The notes beneath the pieces are model-generated. The model did not search any database. It saw only the letters and a program-made list of their open reading frames with translations, and was not told the DNA's origin. DNA of 64,000 bases from an uncultured virus (IMG/VR IMGVR_UViG_3300049846_002026). Its lineage: Duplodnaviria; Heunggongvirae; Uroviricota; Caudoviricetes. Location of the stretch: the IMG/VR virus record IMGVR_UViG_3300049846_002026; one strand, given 5' to 3'. This document shows, piece after piece, positions 55,316 to 64,000 of this stretch. Both the position numbers and the translations under genes were made by a program. Positions within the stretch are counted from its first letter, which is position 1. Each line of letters starts with the position of its first letter.

Positions 55316-58300
55316 TTGAGAGTCCCCCGCAGTGTGCTCAGCTCCTGCTCCAACGCGTCAATCCGCTCTTCGAGCTCGCGCACCTTGGTGTGAATGGTAC
55401 CGATCAGACGGTACCCTTCCTGCTGGCCCGCCACCAGCAGCGGCACAACCTTCTCGTACTGCACCGTCAAGTAGTGCTCACCGCTGATCGATCGATCGTA
55501 GCCGTCGTTGTCGAACGGCGCCAGCTTGACAGCTTCTGGCAATACCGCCTGCACTTCCTGCGCGAAGAGCCCCACGTAGCGGGCTGTCGTGTTGAAGCCA
55601 GCGACCGCGGCTGCCCGCGCATTCCAGTTGTACGTCATGGCGGTCAAGCTCATGATTTTGGCCATGGCCTGCGTGATCGGCTCCACCGCAGTCTTCAGTC
55701 GCTGGTCTGAGCTGAAGGCCACAATGTCGTCGCTCGCGTCGATACGACCGTCAGTGGCATTTGGAGCCACATTCACACCCAAGGATGCCGAGTTGATCTG
55801 CAGGCCGTTCGCCACCCCGGTCATGAACGTGGTGCTGTTGCGCTGGAACGTCAGGTCGTTCGCAGCGGTGGTGCGAATCGTCATCGCCCCCGCCTGGGTC
55901 AGGATCGGGGTCGTCACACTCGTGCTGAACGAACCGGTCGTCGCTCCGCTCAGCGCACCAGTCATGCTCAGGTCTGTCACACTGCCCAGGGTGCCGGCGA
56001 TCGTGCTGTTGCCGGTGATCGTGATACCACCGGTGCTCACGGTCAGGTTGCCCGACATCGTGTCCCCTTCACGCCGGAGCAGTGAACGGGTCGTGGTGCC
56101 GTCGTGGTACGTGAACCGATCGGTGGTGGTGTTGTAGGTGAAATCGCCTTCCAACGACAGCGTTCCGTTGGTCGGCACCAGGTTGACCGTGTGGGCTTCG
56201 CGACCGTGCGTGCCTGGGGTCGCACTCTTCATCGACTGCCAGTTCGTGCCGTCGAAGAAGTAGGGAAGTGTGGTGGAAGGGGTACCACCGTCGATCATGA
56301 TGATGTCGCCACGAATGGCCAGGGAGGTCGACGGCAGCGCACCGAGCGGCTCCAAGGTCAGGTTCGGGGCGTAGCTCACCGCCGAGTTGTTGTGGAGGTT
56401 AGCGGTCGGCCATAGACGCAGGCTGCGGCGAGTGACCGTCACACCAGAGGTCGTTTTCTGGTAGCTGACGTGCACACCGGTGCCATAGGTGGTTGCACCA
56501 GTACCACTAGCCGTAAACGTGTTGGCGTACTCCGTTTCCGTGACAACCCGGATCCAGAGCGTGCTCGTAACACCCGTGATAGTAAAGGTGTCGGTGTACT
56601 CTGTCGTTCCGGTGTCGTAACCGACTTCACCAGCCGGAATGGTGATAGTCGAGGTCTTAACGACCAGGTCAGTCCAACCGGTGGTCGGCGGGGTGCCACT
56701 GTCCACACTGTACTGAACCTTAGTGCGGCCGTAAATCCGCATGCTGCCGGTGTTGCAAGTCACACCCGAAGCATCGCACCGGTGCTTGTAGCGAATGGTG
56801 TACTGATTACCGTTGGCCGGAAGCGAACTGGCAGCTTCCAACCGATTGTTTCGAGCGGTGGCCGTAGTCGTACCAACGGTGAAGCTGGTGCGCTGGGCGG
56901 ACGACGTGGCGTCGTCCCACGTACCCGCTGCGCCGTCACCACCGCTGTATACGGTGTCGTCCAGGTACGCGACCAGAGTTCCTCCCACGGTCGCCGTGTA
57001 GTTACCCCACAAACCGTTGACCACACCACGGATCTGATACACGGATCCACTTGCCGGCGTACCGTTGGCCCAGCCGCCGACGATGGTGATCGCCGTAGCC
57101 GTGTTGGAAGCGATCTGATACCACTCAGCTCCACTACCGGTACCACTGACGATCTTGATTTCGCACGGCTGACTGTCACGCGCACCCGCCCACTGATTGA
57201 GCGCCCAGGCGGCACCACTGTCCGAGATCGTTCCTGGCGGGCCGGCCGTTGCGCTGGTTGCCGTTCCGTCGTAGGTCCGGTCGTAGATCTCTAGGTTGTC
57301 AGACTTCACCGCTACGCCACGTACGGCCAGGTCGCGGACCAGGGCGTCGGTGAGCGTGCCCGTAGACTGCATGAGCATCGACCGCGCTGCCGCAGGTACG
57401 TTGAGAATAGCCTGGTCGGATACCAGGGTTCCCGAACCCACGAACAGACCGGCCGACGCAGTGACCGCGGTACCCGTCAGTGCGCCCGCAAAGGTGGCCG
57501 AACCGTCCGTGTACACGCGCAGCGCCGAGCCGAGGTGCAGGTACTGCGAATCGCTTGCGCCACCGGTGGCGGCGAAATCCATGTAGTAGGCGGAAGTCGG
57601 GTTTCCCGTCCATCCGCTTGGAAGTGAATAGCCGCTGCTGAACCGGATACCCGTGCGGGTGGCCGAGTCAGACGAGTTGTTCTGGATGATGCCCGTGCCG
57701 GTAATGCGGCCCAGGTTCGCCGTGATGGCACTGAGGTTGGCCACCGCGATCTCACCTGCGATGATCGATCCGAAGGCTGCTGTTTCCGAGCTCCGGGACG
57801 CGGTAGCCGAGGTAGGTGTGGAAACCGTGTTTGCCGAGAACGATCCCGGAGTACCTGACGTGGCCCCCTGCGCAGCAACACGGTAGTAGTAGGTGGTACC
57901 GTTGACCAGGCGGGAGTGCACGAACTTACGACTCGTCGTGTAGACCGAGATTTCCTCGCCAGCGAAGGCTCCGGTAGTCGAGTACTGCACACGGTACCGA
58001 TGTGTGGCTACGTCAAACGTAGTCGTGGTCGACCAGTCAAGGGTGTTGCTTAGGTGGCCCGGCGTCAGTGTGACCGTGCCAGGTGCCGCCGGTGTTGTGC
58101 CGTTGCCGGCTCGTCCAGTTTCGTAGACGTACGAGTACGCTGTACTGTCCGCACCAAGTCCCACCACGGTGTCCGACGACGTGTAGCTGAGCTGGACGTT
58201 TACGCCCTTCCACTTGGAGTCGTTCGACAGATTGTATGCCATGAACATACCTGTCGACGGAGCCGTGGCCGAGTCAAACACGCCCAAGGAACCGATCGTT

Positions 58301-61300
58301 ACATCGCCTGAGAAGTTGCCAAGTACGGAATACACATTGGACCAGCGCTGTGCCGATGCACCGCTGGTGGCAATGTTGTTGCTTACACTTCGCACAGCTG
58401 TGATTGTGCTGCCGAACAGGGCAGTGGCCGTGCTCAACCCGAAGTACCGATTCGCGTCGTCACCCACGATCATGTAGCCGTCGCTGGCACTGCGCCGGAG
58501 CGCAATGTCACCCGCGTTACCCTGGGTGCTGCCGTTCAGACGAAGCGCGGTGTTGTACGCGATCGTCATCATTTCGGTCATGGTCACATCGGTGCCAGCC
58601 GTAACTGACTGGGCCGCTGCTCCATGCCAGTAGTGCTGGCTTCCAGAGATCGTGTAGGCGCCACGAGCCAGGCTGGTGGTGCTCACTCCGCTCACAAACT
58701 CCAGGCCGGTGCCTGATGTCTTCGGAGTCAGGGCATACGCCATGACCGGCCCGCCTGACGAGTAGGCCGTACCCCACATGGCAATGTCCCCGCTGCTATA
58801 GCGAGCACTCAGGACCACTCCGCCGCTGGTCGCGCTGGACGCTGTTCCAGCGTTGATGCGCTCATTCACGGTCAGAATGCCCGTGATGCTGGAATCACCA
58901 GTGATCGCCGCACCGCTCGCACTCACCGTCAGGCCACCGCTGGCGATGGTAACTGCACCGCCGAAACGTACCAAGCCGGCGTTGGTGTACAGCGCGTAGT
59001 TGGTCGCAGCGCCAGTGATACTGCTGATGTAGAGGCCGTGCGCCGTCGTGCCTGTAAAGCCACCGATGGTGAAGGCCGGGGTGACCATCAAGCCCGTGAG
59101 CACATCGTTGTTCGCCGCCGCAGTCAGTACAGTGGTGATATACTGCGCACGAGCCACACCGCCAGTGGCGGTCAGGGTGGCATTGAAGAGCACTCCAGCG
59201 GAACCTTCCGCCGAAAGTGGCGTGAACGTACCGCCAACACGCAGTGTACCTGCGTCGAGACGAACGCCGCCCCCAAGAGTGTAAATCGCGTAGTTGTTGG
59301 TCGTGCCGCCGCTGACCGCCGCCACAAGAATGCCGTAGTGGTTCGCACCGTTGGCACTGTAGGTCTGTGCCACGCGTAGGTTTGCGTAGGTTAGCCCCGT
59401 GAAGCCGCTAGCGTTCGTGTAAGTCGGTGCGATATCGACACCGTACAAAGTGTCGTTGTTGGCCAGGGGGTTGAGCGTGGACTCCACGCGCATACCGCGG
59501 GCTGTGCCGCTAGACGTGTTGTAGGAACCACGCACGAAAAGGCCCGCCACTGCGGCAAACGCGGCAGCGCCGGAGTTGATCTGCACCATACGACCGCCGC
59601 CGCCAAACGACATAGTGCCGTTGGCCGCACGTGTGAACACAAGCGGGTCGTCAATGGCAGCACCAGCATCAGTACGCGCCAACAGCCGGAACGTAGAGCC
59701 GGCATCGCTGCCCGATTCCGCAGTATTGTCCGCACGAATGATCCAGCGCGAGCTACTGCCTGTTTGGAACTCGATGGTACGCAGCTGCCCAGCGGCACCA
59801 CGGATTGCCAACATCGACTGACCGGAACCCGAGCCTGTGCCAATGTTCACCTGCCCGGTCGTTGCACTTTGCGCTAGATTCGCTGTGCCGGTATTGGTGA
59901 AATCCACAACGGAGCTCAGATTGCCTGCGATCGTACTGTTGCCCGTAACCGCAATACCGCCCGTGCTGACCGTGACGGCTCCCGCAAACGTAGCCGTTTG
60001 GGTCGCGCTGATGGTCAGGGCGGTCGTACCGTTGGTCTGCAGTAGAATGGTGTTTGCACCAGTCGCCGCAAGCGTGAGTGTGCCCGCAGTTGCCGTCACA
60101 CTCATGGCCGCAGTACCCGTGAGGTTTCCCAGCAGCGTCAAACCACCAGAACGCCCAAGGGTGAGCACGGTGTTCTGTGTCGTGTTCGCATCCGACACAC
60201 TGCGAAGATCGAGCGAACCTGACACAATACGGAAAGACCATTCACGTGCGTCAACCGTACCAGAAGAATCACGAAGGTTCAATACTCGGGATGAACCAGT
60301 GGAGGCGTACACATTCGCTGCCACATTCGCTTGGAACGTGCCGTCCGTTAGGAACTGCCCGCCCAAGATACTGTTCATGGTGAACTGCACACCAAAGGCA
60401 CCAGTCGCCACCAACGACAGTACACCTGAGGTCGCGGTTAGCGCCATTGCGCCAGAACCGGTAATGTCACCAACCGAGGTCAGGCTGCCTGTGACATTAG
60501 CACTGCCATTGAAGTTCTGGCCCCACAGGGTACGTGTCGTGGTCAAGGTGGCCGCACTTCCGCTGATGCTGATGCCCCAGGTGCCGGTCGCGCCAGTTCC
60601 GGTCGTCGGTACCATAGTACCGGCAACCAGCGTGGTGTCTCCATCCGCCAGAGTGACCGTACGGCTGGCGCTCAGCGTGGTCGGCGTCAGCGTTACTACG
60701 AAGCTGCCTGTACCACCTGCACGGCCCTGCAGGCGCACGGCGTCCTGCGTTGCCGCGGCAAGAGCAGTGACCGTGCCGGTTACCGACGCATTACCCGTCA
60801 GGGTCAGACCAGCGAAGGTCGGCGTCGCGCCGGTGTGAATGTTCTGCGGTAGACTGAGTGTCCAGGTGCGATCAGCGCTCAGGTCCTGCGCACCAGCCGA
60901 GCTCGTGATCTGGTTCGTCGTACCGTTGATTGTGATCGAGCGGGTCGTAGCCACCATCGTACCCGCAGTCAGAATCGTATTGGCGTCGGCCAGCGTCAGC
61001 GTACGATCAGCGGTAAGCGTCGTTGGGCTGATCGTGACGTCGTAGCTTAGAGTGCCGCCAGCACGTCCCGCGATAATCACACCGTCCTGTGTTGCAGCCG
61101 CGCGCACCGTGATGGTGTTGCCAGTCAGCGCCAGCGCACCGGTCATGGTGATATCCGTCACACTGCTCAAGGCACCGGTGACGTTCGCGCTACCGTTGAA
61201 GTTCTGACCCCAGATGGTTCTGGTGGTGGTCAGGGTGGCAGCACTGCCGGTGGTGTTCTGATTCAGGGTCGGGATATCCCCCGCAACAATCGCCCGCCAG

Positions 61301-61977
61301 CTGGGCGCACCCGCACCAGACGTCGGTCCCGCAAAGAAGAAGTTCTGGGACGTGCTGCTCAGTCCAGTACCGCCATTGGCAATCGGGAGCAACCCAGTCA
61401 CTGCACTCGCGTTGGCCAGGTCCAGGGCCCCAAACGCCGCCGCCGTCGCGCTAGTGGCTCGCAACACCTGCCCCGTAGTCAGCCCACTGTAGGTCAGATC
61501 CGTGTAGGCGTGCGTGTGCCCCACGGTCGAGTAGCTCGCCGTGTCCAGGGTCCAGGTGTTTGCCGCGGTCTTGCGTAGAAGGCCCGAGGTGCCGGCCAGG
61601 GCTGCGATCGCGCTAAGATCGGCGTCCAGGGTGAGCACCGACCCGCTCATGCTGAGACCGCTGCCTAGCGTGATGTCACCGGTCACACTCCCAAGACTAG
61701 TTACACCCGCCGTCCCAGTTGTTTGGATGGCGCCACTGCCGTCGAAGCCGAGACCCGTGCCCAGCTTGACGCTGAGCCGGCTCACGTCAAGCGTGTGCGG
61801 GCCCACCGTTTCGCCGGTATCGTCAGTCCAAAGCAAGCCATTGCCAATCAGCGGCTCCACCCGAATGTGAGGGATACCGTTACTGACCTGCTGAATCGTG
61901 ATGCCCGTCATGAGCACCGCCTGCCCCACAGCCTCGCGAATCTCGGCGGCTGTGCCGCTAAACCCCTGGATCTTCAT
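55312..61977 (-). CDS. long tail fibre protein with FN3-like region and C-terminal peptidase S74 chaperone
   Basis: 2221 aa G/T/S/A-rich; GTTYYYRVAA; FSSDQRLK...GLFAQEVQAVLPEAV...LTVQYEKVVPLLV + coiled coil. Confidence 0.88.
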   Translation of the reverse strand: MKIQGFSGTAAEIREAVGQAVLMTGITIQQVSNGIPHIRVEPLIGNGLLWTDDTGETVGPHTLDVSRLSVKLGTGLGFDGSGAIQTTGTAGVTSLGSVTGDITLGSGLSMSGSVLTLDADLSAIAALAGTSGLLRKTAANTWTLDTASYSTVGHTHAYTDLTYSGLTTGQVLRATSATAAAFGALDLANASAVTGLLPIANGGTGLSSTSQNFFFAGPTSGAGAPSWRAIVAGDIPTLNQNTTGSAATLTTTRTIWGQNFNGSANVTGALSSVTDITMTGALALTGNTITVRAAATQDGVIIAGRAGGTLSYDVTISPTTLTADRTLTLADANTILTAGTMVATTRSITINGTTNQITSSAGAQDLSADRTWTLSLPQNIHTGATPTFAGLTLTGNASVTGTVTALAAATQDAVRLQGRAGGTGSFVVTLTPTTLSASRTVTLADGDTTLVAGTMVPTTGTGATGTWGISISGSAATLTTTRTLWGQNFNGSANVTGSLTSVGDITGSGAMALTATSGVLSLVATGAFGVQFTMNSILGGQFLTDGTFQANVAANVYASTGSSRVLNLRDSSGTVDAREWSFRIVSGSLDLRSVSDANTTQNTVLTLGRSGGLTLLGNLTGTAAMSVTATAGTLTLAATGANTILLQTNGTTALTISATQTATFAGAVTVSTGGIAVTGNSTIAGNLSSVVDFTNTGTANLAQSATTGQVNIGTGSGSGQSMLAIRGAAGQLRTIEFQTGSSSRWIIRADNTAESGSDAGSTFRLLARTDAGAAIDDPLVFTRAANGTMSFGGGGRMVQINSGAAAFAAVAGLFVRGSYNTSSGTARGMRVESTLNPLANNDTLYGVDIAPTYTNASGFTGLTYANLRVAQTYSANGANHYGILVAAVSGGTTNNYAIYTLGGGVRLDAGTLRVGGTFTPLSAEGSAGVLFNATLTATGGVARAQYITTVLTAAANNDVLTGLMVTPAFTIGGFTGTTAHGLYISSITGAATNYALYTNAGLVRFGGAVTIASGGLTVSASGAAITGDSSITGILTVNERINAGTASSATSGGVVLSARYSSGDIAMWGTAYSSGGPVMAYALTPKTSGTGLEFVSGVSTTSLARGAYTISGSQHYWHGAAAQSVTAGTDVTMTEMMTIAYNTALRLNGSTQGNAGDIALRRSASDGYMIVGDDANRYFGLSTATALFGSTITAVRSVSNNIATSGASAQRWSNVYSVLGNFSGDVTIGSLGVFDSATAPSTGMFMAYNLSNDSKWKGVNVQLSYTSSDTVVGLGADSTAYSYVYETGRAGNGTTPAAPGTVTLTPGHLSNTLDWSTTTTFDVATHRYRVQYSTTGAFAGEEISVYTTSRKFVHSRLVNGTTYYYRVAAQGATSGTPGSFSANTVSTPTSATASRSSETAAFGSIIAGEIAVANLSAITANLGRITGTGIIQNNSSDSATRTGIRFSSGYSLPSGWTGNPTSAYYMDFAATGGASDSQYLHLGSALRVYTDGSATFAGALTGTAVTASAGLFVGSGTLVSDQAILNVPAAARSMLMQSTGTLTDALVRDLAVRGVAVKSDNLEIYDRTYDGTATSATAGPPGTISDSGAAWALNQWAGARDSQPCEIKIVSGTGSGAEWYQIASNTATAITIVGGWANGTPASGSVYQIRGVVNGLWGNYTATVGGTLVAYLDDTVYSGGDGAAGTWDDATSSAQRTSFTVGTTTATARNNRLEAASSLPANGNQYTIRYKHRCDASGVTCNTGSMRIYGRTKVQYSVDSGTPPTTGWTDLVVKTSTITIPAGEVGYDTGTTEYTDTFTITGVTSTLWIRVVTETEYANTFTASGTGATTYGTGVHVSYQKTTSGVTVTRRSLRLWPTANLHNNSAVSYAPNLTLEPLGALPSTSLAIRGDIIMIDGGTPSTTLPYFFDGTNWQSMKSATPGTHGREAHTVNLVPTNGTLSLEGDFTYNTTTDRFTYHDGTTTRSLLRREGDTMSGNLTVSTGGITITGNSTIAGTLGSVTDLSMTGALSGATTGSFSTSVTTPILTQAGAMTIRTTAANDLTFQRNSTTFMTGVANGLQINSASLGVNVAPNATDGRIDASDDIVAFSSDQRLKTAVEPITQAMAKIMSLTAMTYNWNARAAAVAGFNTTARYVGLFAQEVQAVLPEAVKLAPFDNDGYDRSISGEHYLTVQYEKVVPLLVAGQQEGYRLIGTIHTKVRELEERIDALEQELSTLRGTLK

Positions 61978-64000
61978 TAGAACGCGTTGCCTCCCTCAGA
62001 GCACCACGCCAAGTTGGCACTCTCTTGAGTGATCGTCACCGGACCGGCCACCAGGGTCCCTGACGAGTTGTACGCCCGCAGCTGGTACTTGAAGTACGTT
62101 GCGTCACCACCACTCACCGGTACATACCGACATGGAAGCTGGTGGTAGTACTGGCCATCCGCTGCATTGATGCCGCTGACGAGCGATGTGTAGCTGCTAC
62201 CGCCGCTGTCCGCGGCGTACGTGATGTCGACTGTGTACCCTTGTGCGTACGTCACGTTGACGGAATCGACCGTGACCGTCCAGGTGATGCGCCGCTCATA
62301 CGGGTAACTGGCCAGGCTGTAGCAGTAGTTGTTGTCGCAAGCACCCAGGTTGGTCACCGACTGCGCATAGGCGCTGAACGCCACCGTAGCGGTAGCCGGC
62401 TGCGATCGTACCTGGATTTGCTTCGTGATGGTGTTGTAGCTGTTCAGCGTTACCGCAATCTCCCAGGTCCGTAGCGTGCCACCTGAGGTCACCAACTCCT
62501 CACCCGTCAGCGCCGGCACATCGAACAAATGCGGCTGCGACGCGCCAACGGTCGTGTTGATGGTGGACGTGATCGCGGGATTGTCCATACGCTTTGCCAC
62601 GATCGTCACGTTCATGCCGCTCGTCGCCGACGGATTCCCTGTGAACGCCACAGTCAAGTCATCGGTGGTGGTGTTTGCACCAAGAGTGGTGGTGAGCAAC
62701 AGGGGTGCTGGCGTGTAGGTGCCCAGGTCGATCGTGTCAGTGTACAGCGGTCCCGGTTGGCCGAACGAGTTCTTGACTACCACGACCAAGTACCATTCGC
62801 CCGTGGCGTTACCGACCACGCTCCGGGTGAACCGGTTGATCTCCACCGGTCCGGACCAGCGCAAGAAGCTGGGGTCCAGGTCCGCGATCGTCTGAGCGGG
62901 GGCCCCCGTCAAGGTGGGCCAGTGGTTGGTGCCGGCCCCGCTGACGCGCCGCTCGTAGACCTCCCAATAAGTCGCATCGTCATCGGCCGCATTGAACAAA
63001 ACCGACAAAGAATCCGCGGTGTCGTCGAAATCGTAGGTCACCCCGGTCAGGGACGGCAGGGAATCCGCATCCACGACGATCGATCGCGGGGTTTCCGGGA
63101 TGCACCCGCTCTTGACCGCATAGAAGTCGTAGGTAAAGGCGGTGGTCCGACTCCGCACATCGGTGCCGGGGGTCGGCAGATACCCCTGGGTGGTACTGGT
63201 TCGGATCAGTACCGCCCCATCCAGCAGCTGATAACTGACCCCGTTTTCGGTCCGCGAGACCTTGTCCACCAAGGTGAGTGCCCCACTGGTGTTCGAGAGC
63301 ACTCGGCGCACCTCCACCATCCCGTCCGCAAACGTGACCTTGGCGAACGTCGCCTTGTGGTTGCCGTTGGTCCACTGGTCTGTCGACCAGGCCGGACTGC
63401 CGGTGTCCGTCAGCACATCGCGTGTCGAGTTGATGTTTGCCGTACGGGTCGTGAGCCCGCCCGCAATGACCTGGGCCGCAGGGGCCGGGGCCATGGTGAA
63501 CGTCGAGGTCACGTTGGTCGCGCTCCGATCGCCGGCCGAGTCCTTACTGTCAATGTTGACAAAAGACTTCGGGGTTCGCACTAGGCTCCGGGACAGCATC
63601 TCTCCGGAATCCGTGGGTGAGCCCCCGTTCCAGTATCGGTACGGAATGACTTCCAGGAACTTCTGCTGCCCTGGCGCAAGGGCGATGTTGGGAAGGTTCG
63701 GGCTCTTGACGGTGGTCGTGTTGATGTAGGTCAGAGACCCGCTGTCAATCCGCCAACCGATCGCCTCCGTGTCATCATCGACGATGGCCGTCACACTGGC
63801 CACATTCGTGGTGCTGCTGATAATGGTTTCCAACGAGGTGATCGATGGCCGATCGTCCACGTCGATGACGACGGTCACGCGATCGCTCTCGTAGCCCTGG
63901 CTGTTTTCCGCCCACAGCTCGACTCGTCCGGTGCTGCGCGCCACCGCGATGTACCGGGACCGGGTCCCGGCTGGCACATCGACCGCGGTCGCCGTGCTCA
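61977..64000 (-). CDS. tail/baseplate structural protein, 5' end outside window
   Basis: beta-rich T/S-rich ORF open to window edge, TAATG-coupled to tail fibre. Confidence 0.7.
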   Translation of the reverse strand, partial: STATAVDVPAGTRSRYIAVARSTGRVELWAENSQGYESDRVTVVIDVDDRPSITSLETIISSTTNVASVTAIVDDDTEAIGWRIDSGSLTYINTTTVKSPNLPNIALAPGQQKFLEVIPYRYWNGGSPTDSGEMLSRSLVRTPKSFVNIDSKDSAGDRSATNVTSTFTMAPAPAAQVIAGGLTTRTANINSTRDVLTDTGSPAWSTDQWTNGNHKATFAKVTFADGMVEVRRVLSNTSGALTLVDKVSRTENGVSYQLLDGAVLIRTSTTQGYLPTPGTDVRSRTTAFTYDFYAVKSGCIPETPRSIVVDADSLPSLTGVTYDFDDTADSLSVLFNAADDDATYWEVYERRVSGAGTNHWPTLTGAPAQTIADLDPSFLRWSGPVEINRFTRSVVGNATGEWYLVVVVKNSFGQPGPLYTDTIDLGTYTPAPLLLTTTLGANTTTDDLTVAFTGNPSATSGMNVTIVAKRMDNPAITSTINTTVGASQPHLFDVPALTGEELVTSGGTLRTWEIAVTLNSYNTITKQIQVRSQPATATVAFSAYAQSVTNLGACDNNYCYSLASYPYERRITWTVTVDSVNVTYAQGYTVDITYAADSGGSSYTSLVSGINAADGQYYHQLPCRYVPVSGGDATYFKYQLRAYNSSGTLVAGPVTITQESANLAWCSEGGNAF

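Noticed and set aside
55312..64000. Diversity-generating retroelement targeting the tail fibre
   Set aside because: No reverse transcriptase or adenine-specific template/variable repeat pair seen.

Overview
A 64 kb segment of a large, GC-rich tailed bacteriophage genome. From 1 to ~52.6 kb the genes lie on the + strand: small accessory genes (ACP-like, radical SAM, PTP-like, metallophosphoesterase, DUF2828/TROVE-vWA-like, P-loop kinase, SLT transglycosylase, ThiF, RelE-like, RuvB-like), a complete tmRNA, a DNA-metabolism block (Cas4-like PD-(D/E)XK nuclease, SSB-like, class II RNR), a glycosyl/methyltransferase trio, and a ~16 kb array of 39 canonical tRNAs covering all 20 amino acids, interleaved with HNH, recA, M42 peptidase and many short ORFs. 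After a bidirectional terminator at ~52.6 kb, dUTPase, lysis-like membrane genes and tail/tail-fibre genes lie on the - strand. The most notable signal is six copies of an RNA motif (7-8 bp terminal helix, then a (C/T)ACAGCAA-like element, insert, helix partner, usually GT). Two copies sit directly upstream of the DUF2828 gene and two enclose a circularly permuted tRNA (T-arm, loop-closed acceptor stem, D-arm), the architecture of bacterial YrlA Y RNAs. This suggests a phage DUF2828 + Y-like RNA ribonucleoprotein system. Family names come from motif recognition by eye; no searches were run.
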